From a virus (taxonomy: Duplodnaviria; Caudoviricetes): DNA of 54,559 bases. The stretch covers positions 1 through 54,559 of the IMG/VR virus record IMGVR_UViG_3300045971_000096; one strand, 5' to 3'. The notes beneath the pieces were generated by a model. That model was given only the letters and a program-made list of their open reading frames with translations, did not search any database and was not told the DNA's origin. A program made the translations under genes and the position numbers. Positions 15,691-24,972 of the stretch are shown here, piece after piece; position 1 is the stretch's first letter; each line of letters opens with the position of its first letter.

Positions 15691-18600
15691 TTAAGCCCTA
15701 AATCCTGTCTGTTTTTCGAAAATGGTTGGTATTTTCGCTGGACTGAATCTAGATTCAGGTGCTGTTGAACTCGTCTTATCATTTACCATTTGCTGTAATA
15801 ATTGTGCCGATAAGGCAGTATTATCAGCAATTGCTGTTAGCTGTTTTATAGATGCAGCATCAGCTACATTCATAATGTTTGTTGTAGCATTTACACTAGA
15901 AGAGTCTGCAACAACTGGCTTATTATTTACTTGCTGATTTTGTTGATCAGTACCTGCTAAAGTAGAAATAGGAGCGACTGGAGCTTTAATTACTGGTTGA
16001 GCAACGATAGGTTGAACTGCAGGAATCTCTGATACAGGAGGAATTGCAGGTACAGGAGGAATTGCAGGTACAGGAGGAATTAGCGTTGAAGATAAAGCCT
16101 TCATCTCTCTAGGCGATGGTAATACAACTGGAATTTCTGGTTCTACTTGTTCCTGCTGTACAGGCTTTGCTATTTGTACTTTATCTTCTTGAACCTTTTG
16201 AACAGGCTTTGCAACTTGTATCGCAACTGGTGCAGCCGGAATTGGCGGTGCTGCTTGAACTATAGGTGAAACATTTATTTCAGGTTTAACAATAAGTGGT
16301 AAGTCTGTTTTAACAGGCTCCTTTTCCCTAGTGTCAACCTTAGTTGGTGTAACATCAGAAGTCTTGACAACTGGCTGATCAAGCGCCTTAGTGATAGGCT
16401 TAGTAATATCTGAAGCATTCTGAAGTATTACAGCAGTGGCTGCACTTATGCCACTCGCAGGTCCAGCAGTCATTTTTGATGCTTGATCAGCAATGTCTTG
16501 TGGTATTAATGATGTTGCTAATTGCTTCTGCTCTTTAGGCACAGCTTTCACAGGAGGAGGTGTAACTGGTTCCTCTTTTTTCGGTGTAACTTTAACTACT
16601 GGAGGTGCAACTGGTTCTGGTGCAGGCTCAGCCTTTACAGTTTGTTTCGCTACAGGAGGTGGTGTAACTGGTTCCTCTTTTTTCGGTGTAACTTTAACTA
16701 CTGGAGGTGCAACTGGTTCTGGTTCTGGCTTCACAACCGGTTTTGCTACAGGAGGAGGTGTAACTGGTTCCTCTTTTTTTGGTGCAGGTTTTGCTACTGG
16801 TGTTTCATCTTTAGGATTTTCCTTCGATGGTCCAAACAGTTCGTCTTTGTGCTTATATAAACTTATGCCACCACCAAGTGCGGCGCCTAATGCACCTCCA
16901 ACAACTGTACCCATAGGTCCAAGAAATGAGCCAAGCATTGCTCCTGTTGATGCGCCTTCTAAAGCAGCACTACCTACCTGTAACCCAGCACCAACTTTTT
17001 CATGCCCAGATGCAGTAGCTGCATCACCTAGCATGCTAACACCCATACCAGCAATACCTGCAACGCCAGCCTTGCCAAGGCCTGTGCTCATTACACCCTT
17101 AGCTGCACCAGGTAATCCTCCGGCAGCCTTACCTTCAGTAATCGCTGTACCTAATTTGCCGAGTGCACTATCCTTACCGAAGCCGCCAAGGGCCTTAGTC
17201 GTAAAGCCAGCTTGAACAGCTAGTCCTAATAACCCTGTTGTCGCGCCATATAAACCTGTTAATAGAGCATTATTTGCAATAGATTCAACGGTGTTAGCAA
17301 CATTACCAGCTGTTGCAACTGCTTGTGAAGGCTTAGCTAATTCTTTAGCTTTATCAAACTGATCTTTACTAATAGCTTGATTAGTTTGCGTTGCTTTAAC
17401 TAATGGTTCATTCGCTTTAATAGCTGCTTCACCAGCACCTGTACCCTGAATAACTTCATATTTAGCTTCTAGCCCTGCCTGAGCGGCAAGATTACCACTA
17501 CCAACATACTGTGCTTGATCTTTTACTCTGCGTTTTGCTAGCTCTTCTCTATTAGCATTTAATGCAGTTGTTTCCTCACCCGTTGCAGCTACACCCTTCA
17601 TTGCTGTCTGCATAGATGTCATAGCCTCTTCGGCGCTGAATCCATTCGTGATCATCTGTTGATACAGCTGACCAGCTTCTGTTATACGTGAATCTAATTT
17701 TTCACGTTTGGCTGCTTCTTGCGCTTGAATAAGTACTTGTGCTTGTTCATTTGATATTCCGCGAAGTACTAATTCTTTTCTACGGGATACTAGATCATCT
17801 GCATACACTTTAGCACTTTGCTTATCTAATCCGAGGAGTGTCTGTGAAATACCTTCGGTATTATAAAGTTCTGAATTAAGCTTGAAGAATTGTTCAGCTG
17901 TTATACCTGTAACCTGTGCAACATCTTGCCACGCCTTCATTGACTTATCAATATATGCGTTAAGTTCATCGCCATTCTGAGAATCGATATGGGCAGTATC
18001 AAGTGCAGCAGTAACAGCAGGCCCAATTAATCCAGCCGATTGTTTAAGGTTGAACCCATATGCTTTAAAAGTATCACCAAACTGAGCACGCAAACCATCA
18101 AATTCTTTTTTGCCATAAAGAGCCATGACTCTTTTATTTTCTTGAAGAAACTTTACAGTTTCTTCAAATGACATTCCCATCTTAGCTGACAAAACTGACA
18201 CATCTGCGAATGATGCAGATATCTGTGCTATATTAAAATCGAATAGCTCTTTTGAAAATCTACTTAAACCTTCTTTAGCTTTAGAATATCCCGCAGCAAT
18301 AGTTGCATCTGCAGCTAAATGTTTTGCTAGAGCTACACCAACACCATCTGACAGCTTAGCTTGAATTTTTATTAATGTTCTGCCAGCTTCTGTTGCTACT
18401 TTGACAACTTGCTTATCAATTTCCTTAGCTGTACCATCTAGATTATTAGCAAATTCTGCAATAGCAGCCGATGCAACATCGGTTTTCATTGCAAAATCTT
18501 CAATCTGTTTGTCGGTAGCGTTTGCGTCTAATCCTCGTACAGTTAACCCTTGCGAAATTAATTGCTTAAGACCTATACGTAGAACCTTCTCTATCTCGTC

Positions 18601-19410
18601 GACAGCGCCGACTTGTCCTTTTATATTCTCTTTATCCTTATCACTGCCGCCAGTCTGTTTAGCTAGATCATGAATGTCTTTGATACCAAATTGCTCAAGG
18701 TTACCAAATGTATCAGAAATTGCAGTCTGCGCATCGCCCATTTTAAGACGAAGTTTCTTAAAATGCTCCGGCTTAAGATTATCCTGTATGCCTTTAGCTG
18801 TATCATCCCATAAATCGTTTTGTCTTAGCATACTTTCGCCAAGACCTTCAGCGGACTTACTTAATTTACTAATGAAGAAATCATATTCTTCTGTGCCTTC
18901 ATAAAACATGTCGCGGCTTGTCAACAGCGAAGCACTTAGTAATGACGCATTTAGTTGTGACTTAGCAAGTGTATTTGTAAATGCACCTGTAGTTTTAGAT
19001 AGTTTACTCATCGCCAAGGAATGAGCGGCAATACTATTCAGACTAGTCTTTGTAAATGATTCGGTTGCATCAGCGTAGCTGCTAACTAAACCCGAAGATT
19101 GTTTTAAAATCTCATTATATGCTTCTTGAATAGCAATGGATTCTTTAGTAGCAACTCCTAGACGACTGGTCTGTTTACCATAATTATCAGCAGCTTCTTT
19201 AAGAGCTGCTGCATAATTTTTTAAACCTTTAACTGTTACTTTTGTTGCTTCTTCAGTATCTTTTTGTCCACTATCTGATCTAGACGTTTGACGCGGTTCA
19301 GAATCTGACCGCGAAGACTGTCTAACAGTAGCCATCCGTCCGTTCAATAACATTTCTGTTAAGGCGGTCGTAAGTCTATCAATTTCCTGCGGGTTTAAGC
19401 GTGTTGCCAT
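15691..19410 (-). CDS. Tape-measure-like / tail-length protein with Pro-rich C-terminal region
   Basis: Long Ala/Lys/Gln helical protein, Gly-rich hydrophobic segment, divergent from gp26, late promoter. Confidence 0.6.
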   Translation of the reverse strand: MATRLNPQEIDRLTTALTEMLLNGRMATVRQSSRSDSEPRQTSRSDSGQKDTEEATKVTVKGLKNYAAALKEAADNYGKQTSRLGVATKESIAIQEAYNEILKQSSGLVSSYADATESFTKTSLNSIAAHSLAMSKLSKTTGAFTNTLAKSQLNASLLSASLLTSRDMFYEGTEEYDFFISKLSKSAEGLGESMLRQNDLWDDTAKGIQDNLKPEHFKKLRLKMGDAQTAISDTFGNLEQFGIKDIHDLAKQTGGSDKDKENIKGQVGAVDEIEKVLRIGLKQLISQGLTVRGLDANATDKQIEDFAMKTDVASAAIAEFANNLDGTAKEIDKQVVKVATEAGRTLIKIQAKLSDGVGVALAKHLAADATIAAGYSKAKEGLSRFSKELFDFNIAQISASFADVSVLSAKMGMSFEETVKFLQENKRVMALYGKKEFDGLRAQFGDTFKAYGFNLKQSAGLIGPAVTAALDTAHIDSQNGDELNAYIDKSMKAWQDVAQVTGITAEQFFKLNSELYNTEGISQTLLGLDKQSAKVYADDLVSRRKELVLRGISNEQAQVLIQAQEAAKREKLDSRITEAGQLYQQMITNGFSAEEAMTSMQTAMKGVAATGEETTALNANREELAKRRVKDQAQYVGSGNLAAQAGLEAKYEVIQGTGAGEAAIKANEPLVKATQTNQAISKDQFDKAKELAKPSQAVATAGNVANTVESIANNALLTGLYGATTGLLGLAVQAGFTTKALGGFGKDSALGKLGTAITEGKAAGGLPGAAKGVMSTGLGKAGVAGIAGMGVSMLGDAATASGHEKVGAGLQVGSAALEGASTGAMLGSFLGPMGTVVGGALGAALGGGISLYKHKDELFGPSKENPKDETPVAKPAPKKEEPVTPPPVAKPVVKPEPEPVAPPVVKVTPKKEEPVTPPPVAKQTVKAEPAPEPVAPPVVKVTPKKEEPVTPPPVKAVPKEQKQLATSLIPQDIADQASKMTAGPASGISAATAVILQNASDITKPITKALDQPVVKTSDVTPTKVDTREKEPVKTDLPLIVKPEINVSPIVQAAPPIPAAPVAIQVAKPVQKVQEDKVQIAKPVQQEQVEPEIPVVLPSPREMKALSSTLIPPVPAIPPVPAIPPVSEIPAVQPIVAQPVIKAPVAPISTLAGTDQQNQQVNNKPVVADSSSVNATTNIMNVADAASIKQLTAIADNTALSAQLLQQMVNDKTSSTAPESRFSPAKIPTIFEKQTGFRA
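16033..16081. repeat. 18-nt tandem repeat, ~2.7 copies (encodes PAIPPV)
   Basis: TACAGGAGGAATTGCAGG x2 plus a partial copy. Confidence 0.9.
16550..16785. repeat. ~100-nt tandem repeats (periods 102 and 96 nt) encoding PEPVAPPVVKVTPKKEEPVTPPPV
   Basis: Near-identical copies start at 16550 and 16652; partial copy at 16748. Confidence 0.9.
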
Positions 19411-19437
19411 GTGATTCTAAAAGATCCCAGATTGATG

Positions 19438-19460
19438 TAAATACAAGTATAGGTTATTTA
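19438..19460. promoter_or_regulatory. Overlapping face-to-face late promoters (TAAATA + at 19438-19443; TAAATA - at 19455-19460)
   Basis: Serve gp26 (+) and the tape-measure/portal unit (-). Confidence 0.7.
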
Positions 19461-19495
19461 TTACATAATCAGATTATCAAAAATAGGAGTCCAGG

Positions 19496-20284
19496 ATGTC
19501 AGATACAACTAATCCGTTGCTAGCCAATCTAAAATTACCAGGTCGAATTTTCCAGCTGCCATCTAGAGGTATCTTCTATAAGAATGGAGAGCTTGCAGAT
19601 AACATCAAGGAAGGTGAATTGCATATTCACCCAATGTCCGCCTTAGACGAAATTAACATGAAGAACCCTGACCAATTGTTCAGTGGTGCAGCAGTTAATA
19701 CTGTCTTCAAGCAGTGTATATCAGGAGTTGAGAAACCGGCAGAGCTTCTTTCTAAAGACGTAGATGCAATTATGGTTTTCCTTCGCACAGTTACATACGG
19801 TGCTGGATATGAATTCTCCGCTAAGCATGGATGTGAAGGAGCGAAGGATCATTCCTATGTTGCTGACATTGATCAGATGATTGACAAAATGAAGATGATT
19901 GACCCAACTACTGTTGATGCGATGTATACAGTATCGCTGCCAAATGGACAGGTTGTTAAGCTTCGACCTAACCGTTATCAGCAGGTTCTAGATTTGATTC
20001 GTGCAAATGAAAATAAGAAAGAAATTTCCGCTGAAGATCAACAGAAGAATTTAGTGCAAATGCTGATGGGTGTTATTCAGTCAGTAGATGGTCTTACAGA
20101 TATTCCGCAGATCACTGAATGGGTAACACGTATTCCATCTCCATACGTTAATCGTATTGCAGAGAAGATTGAAAATCTTAATGAATGGGGACCAAGCCTT
20201 CGCTGGACTTGTAACTGTAAAGATTGTGGTAAGGACTATGAGGTTGAAATTCCAATCAACCCAGTGTCTTTTTTCACCGAATGA
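19496..20284 (+). CDS. gp26: Baseplate hub assembly protein (gp26-like)
   Basis: LPSRG.FY, MSALDEI, DVDAIMVFLR..TYG, C-terminal CKDC...INPVSFF. Confidence 0.8.
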   Translation: MSDTTNPLLANLKLPGRIFQLPSRGIFYKNGELADNIKEGELHIHPMSALDEINMKNPDQLFSGAAVNTVFKQCISGVEKPAELLSKDVDAIMVFLRTVTYGAGYEFSAKHGCEGAKDHSYVADIDQMIDKMKMIDPTTVDAMYTVSLPNGQVVKLRPNRYQQVLDLIRANENKKEISAEDQQKNLVQMLMGVIQSVDGLTDIPQITEWVTRIPSPYVNRIAEKIENLNEWGPSLRWTCNCKDCGKDYEVEIPINPVSFFTE

Positions 20285-20505
20285 TCAAAGCAGGGGACAT
20301 GGGAGCAGTTCAAAAGCTCATCACTAGATTAGGTAATGAGATTAAAGGGTTAGTAAAATCAGCCCTTGAAATTTCTTACTACTCTAGAGGTGCATGGAGT
20401 TATGATACTGTGCTTCACATGTCTCAAGGTGAACGTGAATTGGCTGTAGAATTTATTAATGAACGATTGAAAATTGCAGCCAAGTCAATGTACCCCGTTT
20501 ATTGA
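20281..20505 (+). CDS. gp51: Baseplate hub assembly catalyst (gp51-like)
   Basis: WSYDTVLHMSQGERE pattern; ATGA-coupled after gp26. Confidence 0.7.
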   Translation: MIKAGDMGAVQKLITRLGNEIKGLVKSALEISYYSRGAWSYDTVLHMSQGERELAVEFINERLKIAAKSMYPVY

Positions 20506-20537
20506 TCAAGCCTACGAATTCATATACTTGTAGAGGC

Positions 20538-20570
20538 AAAAGAAAAGGGCTCCAATTGGAGCCCTTTGTT
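20538..20570. terminator. Bidirectional intrinsic terminator between convergent operons
   Basis: AAAAGAAAAGGGCTCC-AATT-GGAGCCCTTTGTT. Confidence 0.88.
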
Positions 20571-20572
20571 CG

Positions 20573-21079
20573 TCATACTAATACTAATCGATTGTTGCGC
20601 AGTAGATGTTCTTCATAGAACTTATCACGATCGTAAATTCTGTATTCGGTGTTCTCGACTTGCGGCTTAAGTGGATCACAATGCCACATCAACTCACCAT
20701 GACAGAACAGAATCAAGCTTGTATCTTGGTAATCGTCTAGAACAGCTTTCACTCTCAATCGAACTGATTCATTCGATTCAAATGCATCACCCTTCCTAAA
20801 GACTTGCTGACATTCATTCAACCGATGGTCTCTATGGATTTCTTGCCCTGTATGGTGGCAAGCAATATCAGCAGTAAGCATTGCTCTAATAAGTCTGGAT
20901 GAAATGATTTTTGTTGTCCCAGTAATATCCAATAAGCTGTTTATTTTCTTAGACAATTCCATAGCTTGTTGCACACCTTTCTCTGAAAGAATGATTGCTG
21001 GATCTGGCCAATAGTAATAATTGGGGTTTACGTTCGCTAGGCTCTCGCCGTGTCTAATTAGAATAACTTTATAACTCAT
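20573..21079 (-). CDS. Histidine phosphatase (phosphoglycerate-mutase family)
   Basis: LIRHGES, SSRLIRA..TA, RLNE, FCHG; start 21079 gives ATGA overlap with upstream stop. Confidence 0.9.
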   Translation of the reverse strand: MSYKVILIRHGESLANVNPNYYYWPDPAIILSEKGVQQAMELSKKINSLLDITGTTKIISSRLIRAMLTADIACHHTGQEIHRDHRLNECQQVFRKGDAFESNESVRLRVKAVLDDYQDTSLILFCHGELMWHCDPLKPQVENTEYRIYDRDKFYEEHLLRNNRLVLV

Positions 21080-22353
21080 GCTGTACATGCATCCGGTGTA
21101 TCGACACTGACACGTATCGATGTTTGTTTTTCAATGAGCTCAATGAGCTCGTTCTCATCCATACTATTCATTACCCCGTCAAGTCCATCATGGAGATGGA
21201 GCCCGGTTCTACCAGTAGCATTCCAAATAGCATAGCGTGATGTTCGCTCCCAATCAAAATACATCTTGAAGATTTTCTTTTGGTTCTCACGTGTAGGTTT
21301 AATCTTCAACACATGCAAACATAAATCTTTCTTGACGCTCTTAAATTGTTTTGCAATAGAGGATAGTTTGTTCCCTATTACAATTAGATCCGAAGGTAGC
21401 AAGTCAGGGTTCATCTCGTGAACAATCCGTACTGCTTCAGATCTGCCAGACCCATTCGTCATGAGCGCTGGTGTTGCATTAGATCCGTTTGCTAAGGACA
21501 TAATCAGTCTCTTAACGAGAGAGATGTTGTCTTCAGTGGGTTCTAATTTTAGGTCTCTACAAAGTTCAATGCGATAGTTTGTTTTATCCGTATCCAAACG
21601 AACTAAGTCTGGATACTTCATCGCCATCTTTGCTTGATTACCTTTATACTTTGGTGCAATCGTTTTGATAATGAATTGACAGTAAGCATTCTCAATGTCA
21701 ATCACTCTGCCAAACAGCATCGTACGTAGCCAGCCAGGCCACATCTCAATTGCTTTGATAGGCCAAACAGACTTATCACGTGCAAGTAAAGTTCCAGCAC
21801 GTTCATAGTAGAACTTATGGGTGTCCTGCTTTAGAAGCCATCTAACTGCTGGGATAAGGTCTTCACGTTCTTCGTCTTCAAGTTTACGAATAACAGAGAC
21901 TGCAATACCTGGTTGGATCTTAACTGTGGATACCGTTAGATCCTTTTTAAGTGGAGGCAAGCCTGGAGCAAACTGCACTTCATCAATGATGTTGATGATT
22001 GCAGCCATCATCTTACCACTCAATCTCTTGGGACTGATTTGGGTTGCTTGCTTGTTGCCATTACCAAAATTATAACCGATCTGGTTTATCGTGAAGAATT
22101 TCTCAAGGATAACTTTCGCGTCCTTAACTTGTTTAGTCAAGGAGGTAATTAGCACTTCTTCGCCGATAAAACCAGGGGCGGTAGAATTCCGTTTAGTTAA
22201 CCGATACCAAGCTACTGCCATTGACAAGATTAGACCCTGTCGTTGCTTTCGTTTTCTCCACCACATACCATCAAGATTAAAGAAATTGCCGACGAACAAA
22301 GGATTATCACGATTCAAATCCTGTTCTACTTCTACTGGGTGGAATACTAACAT
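21076..22353 (-). CDS. Minimal family-A-like polymerase (TV-Pol-like), no exonuclease domain evident
   Basis: Motif A IDIENAY, motif B K-x7-NG (VKRLIMSLANG), motif C LHLHDGLD; start 22353 gives TAATG overlap. Confidence 0.65.
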   Translation of the reverse strand: MLVFHPVEVEQDLNRDNPLFVGNFFNLDGMWWRKRKQRQGLILSMAVAWYRLTKRNSTAPGFIGEEVLITSLTKQVKDAKVILEKFFTINQIGYNFGNGNKQATQISPKRLSGKMMAAIINIIDEVQFAPGLPPLKKDLTVSTVKIQPGIAVSVIRKLEDEEREDLIPAVRWLLKQDTHKFYYERAGTLLARDKSVWPIKAIEMWPGWLRTMLFGRVIDIENAYCQFIIKTIAPKYKGNQAKMAMKYPDLVRLDTDKTNYRIELCRDLKLEPTEDNISLVKRLIMSLANGSNATPALMTNGSGRSEAVRIVHEMNPDLLPSDLIVIGNKLSSIAKQFKSVKKDLCLHVLKIKPTRENQKKIFKMYFDWERTSRYAIWNATGRTGLHLHDGLDGVMNSMDENELIELIEKQTSIRVSVDTPDACTA

Positions 22354-22844
22354 TAGAATCCTGTGCAATATTTCTTAACAGCTTTAACTAGCTTTGGATA
22401 ACTATCGACTAATTGTATACCATAACGCTTGCAAACGATATCTACATTACCCTTACGGAAATAACCATCTGGGCAGCAGACAATGACCGCCTTATCTGCT
22501 TGGTATTGCTGCTGTTCAGCTTGCATGCCTAGTTCCATTAAGGTGATAGGTGATGTTGTATTAGGATCAAAATAGAAAACAACTAAGTCTGCTCTATCAA
22601 GAGCATCTAACTCCCAGATAACTTGCGCTCTGAAATTATCATTGGCGATTGTTTGTTCCCAAGTTGGGTCCCAGTCATCTCGTCTAGGATTAAATGCTAC
22701 TACATCTAATTGTTGAAGATCATAAATGAGCTTCTTCTGCCAATCTTCAGCAGTTCCCATCTCAATAGAACCAGCTAAAAATAACGCCAAGACAAATGAA
22801 TTAATAGATTCAACTGCTGCAGGTGGTTGAAGAACTTTAATCAT
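22353..22844 (-). CDS. Nucleoside 2-deoxyribosyltransferase-like protein (Nuc_deoxyri_tr2-type)
   Basis: LFLAGSIEMG.AEDWQ, FNPRRDDWD, QVIWELDAL..AD, SPITLMELG. Confidence 0.85.
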   Translation of the reverse strand: MIKVLQPPAAVESINSFVLALFLAGSIEMGTAEDWQKKLIYDLQQLDVVAFNPRRDDWDPTWEQTIANDNFRAQVIWELDALDRADLVVFYFDPNTTSPITLMELGMQAEQQQYQADKAVIVCCPDGYFRKGNVDIVCKRYGIQLVDSYPKLVKAVKKYCTGF

Positions 22845-23062
22845 AGCATTGCCCGCTTCTTCATTGCTTTATAAACAGCTTGCCCACATTCTGGTTTAAG
22901 GACACTCTGCTTTACTGAAGTCATTGTGCCCATCACCACATCATCCATAGTAGGGCGATCGTGTGAGATGCTTCCTCCTACCTTCCACTCCTTATCTACT
23001 ACACCCTTGTCTTGCATAACTCGGGTGAGCTGTCTGAGTTTCTTCGCCTTTTTGCTGTTCAT
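22841..23062 (-). CDS. Small basic hypothetical protein (start MNSKKAKKLR)
   Basis: AGGA RBS before ATG 23062; ATGA overlap with the NDT-like gene. Confidence 0.65.
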   Translation of the reverse strand: MNSKKAKKLRQLTRVMQDKGVVDKEWKVGGSISHDRPTMDDVVMGTMTSVKQSVLKPECGQAVYKAMKKRAML

Positions 23063-23073
23063 ATATATTTTTC

Positions 23074-23733
23074 CTACATCAAACCACTCCACCTCGGGTT
23101 AAGATGGGAGTCCACATGCTCCACAATATACCCGTGATGGCGCTTATAAAATAATGCTTCCCATCTATTAGCACTAGCTGTTCCTAACTTACCAAGCTTA
23201 GGACGCAAGATGATAAAACTAATTTGATCTGGTGGGATAACTAGATTCTCTACATAGACTGGTTCTTGCGCATTTGCAAACTCAATCTTATGAAGTGTTC
23301 TAACTTCCTTCCGAATCATCTTATCATCTCTAAGTCTAGGATGAGCATCCTTTACTTCACTAATCTCAAATGTTCCAGACGGGAACTGTGCAGAGTGGTG
23401 AGAGCTAGGACTAGGAGTGATCAATGTTTTCTTTCCTTTGTTCTTAGAAAGATAACTAATGATAGCATCAATGAATGCTGTCCTAGCTCTGAAGCTAATC
23501 GCTGGTCTCTGCGTTCCTAAAGCTGCTTCCATTTGCTCTTTTGTAGGAGCAAAGAACATTGTATTGCCAAACTGCTTTGCAATCCATGGTCCTAAGAATG
23601 TTGATGCACGAGAATACTGTTCATAGTAGCATGCAACAATCTTTAGCAAGTCTGAAAACTCTGTCGTTGGACGGTAAACATCAAGCTTAGCATTCCAACG
23701 GTTAATATCTTCTACTGTTTTTACAGTATCCAT
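23074..23733 (-). CDS. Hypothetical protein (weak resemblance to TnpB N-terminal WED/REC region)
   Basis: 219-aa ORF, GGGAG RBS, TAATG-coupled to the HNH gene; family call is speculative. Confidence 0.6.
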   Translation of the reverse strand: MDTVKTVEDINRWNAKLDVYRPTTEFSDLLKIVACYYEQYSRASTFLGPWIAKQFGNTMFFAPTKEQMEAALGTQRPAISFRARTAFIDAIISYLSKNKGKKTLITPSPSSHHSAQFPSGTFEISEVKDAHPRLRDDKMIRKEVRTLHKIEFANAQEPVYVENLVIPPDQISFIILRPKLGKLGTASANRWEALFYKRHHGYIVEHVDSHLNPRWSGLM

Positions 23734-24467
23734 TATACACTACTCCCATTATCTAGGTATAAGAAATGTGGCGAACCTGCCCCGCTCTTGCCCCATCCTA
23801 GATTAATAGCCATTTCTTTCTTGCTGGGATAAACTGTTGCACCATTATCTATAGTGCACTTACGACTTTTTGCTGCTTTCATTTTTTGAATAGCCTCCGG
23901 TGTTCTGTTTCTGGCTGCATGTCCTATTTTCTCTCTAGTTTCTAGGCTAGGATTTTTAGTCCATGAACTTACAATATCTCTAGCACTTTTATTTTTAAAC
24001 CTTTTATACTGTGCGTCGCTCATTTTTTTCCGAGTTTCTGCAGAAAACTCTCTTCCTTTCTGGGTTTCACTTAATAGCTTTCTGCTATATTCATACCACT
24101 TAGAATTTGGAAAATATCTTTCCTGCAGTTTACTATTTCGTATTAACATAAAGGAAAATGCATATGACATTTTGCATCTTTTAAGTCCGGTTGTCATTTT
24201 AGTTAGCAGCAAATGCACTATAAAATGTTCTCTAGCACTTAGACTAACTATATTATCTGCGGTATCTGGACCACCTAAAGATGATGGCACAATATGATGC
24301 CCCTCTGAATATGTTAACTTATCTATTCTTACTAATGCTTTTTCTATTAGCATTGCATACCATCGAGTATACTTATTCTTTTGAAACAGCGGCACGCCAG
24401 AACTCTGGATGTTTAATAAGTTCGTCAAAATACGAGACATAGATTTTTCTTTCATTTGGAATTTCAA
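23733..24467 (-). mobile_element. Free-standing HNH homing endonuclease with NUMOD3-type repeats (true start possibly GTG near 24395)
   Basis: NKYTRWY, EGHHIVPSSLGG.D...NIV.LSAREHFIVHLLL, SAETRKKMS, SLETREKIG; AT-richer than neighbours. Confidence 0.9.
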
Positions 24468-24969
24468 GGCTAAGCATTACACACGGGGTAGGTATAAATG
24501 TAGCAACAAGAATATTTATATTATTCCACTTGAAGATAAGAACAGGATTACGATTTATTTTTGCAGCATCTGTTTCTGCTTCTTTGATCCACTTAAAAAC
24601 ATTTGCTGTGCCTGATACTAGTTGCGGAAAACTGTCGGGAGTTTTATAGGCCTTACACTCTATAGAATGAAGGAATGTAAATCCTTCTTTCTTTTCATTT
24701 ATAGGAACAACGTCAGACGTGAAGAGGGCGAGTGCCTCATCACCAAACATCTGTCCAAACTTTTCAAAATTCTTTCCACCTGTCCTTGCACCAGAGCCAG
24801 GTGTGCGCATAAAATTCAACGGCTCTAAAGCAGCCGATAATTTTTTAGCTATTTGAAGCTCGAATCCCGAACCTTTTGCTTTACCCATTCCTGGCTTAAG
24901 CTTCCGCTTCTCTTTTTTAAGCGGTGTCTTTTGTGCTGGTTGTTCACCAATAGATAGTTGATCTGTCAT
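24373..24969 (-). CDS. Holliday junction resolvase-like PD-(D/E)XK nuclease
   Basis: KAKGSGFE..IAK.L, RTPGSGA, SDVV, IECK, PVLIFK. Confidence 0.8.
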   Translation of the reverse strand: MTDQLSIGEQPAQKTPLKKEKRKLKPGMGKAKGSGFELQIAKKLSAALEPLNFMRTPGSGARTGGKNFEKFGQMFGDEALALFTSDVVPINEKKEGFTFLHSIECKAYKTPDSFPQLVSGTANVFKWIKEAETDAAKINRNPVLIFKWNNINILVATFIPTPCVMLSLEIPNERKIYVSYFDELIKHPEFWRAAVSKE

Positions 24970-24972
24970 AGT

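Noticed and set aside
16550-16785. Repeats as a possible CRISPR array
   Set aside because: Long in-frame coding repeats without unique spacers of constant length; no cas genes
16493-17215. 240-aa and 112-aa plus-strand ORFs with repeats
   Set aside because: Antisense shadows of the Pro-rich repeats of the tape-measure-like gene; no RBS or promoter
23733-24467. Group I intron around the HNH ORF
   Set aside because: No non-coding flanks for a ribozyme core; neighbouring ORFs look complete and directly coupled
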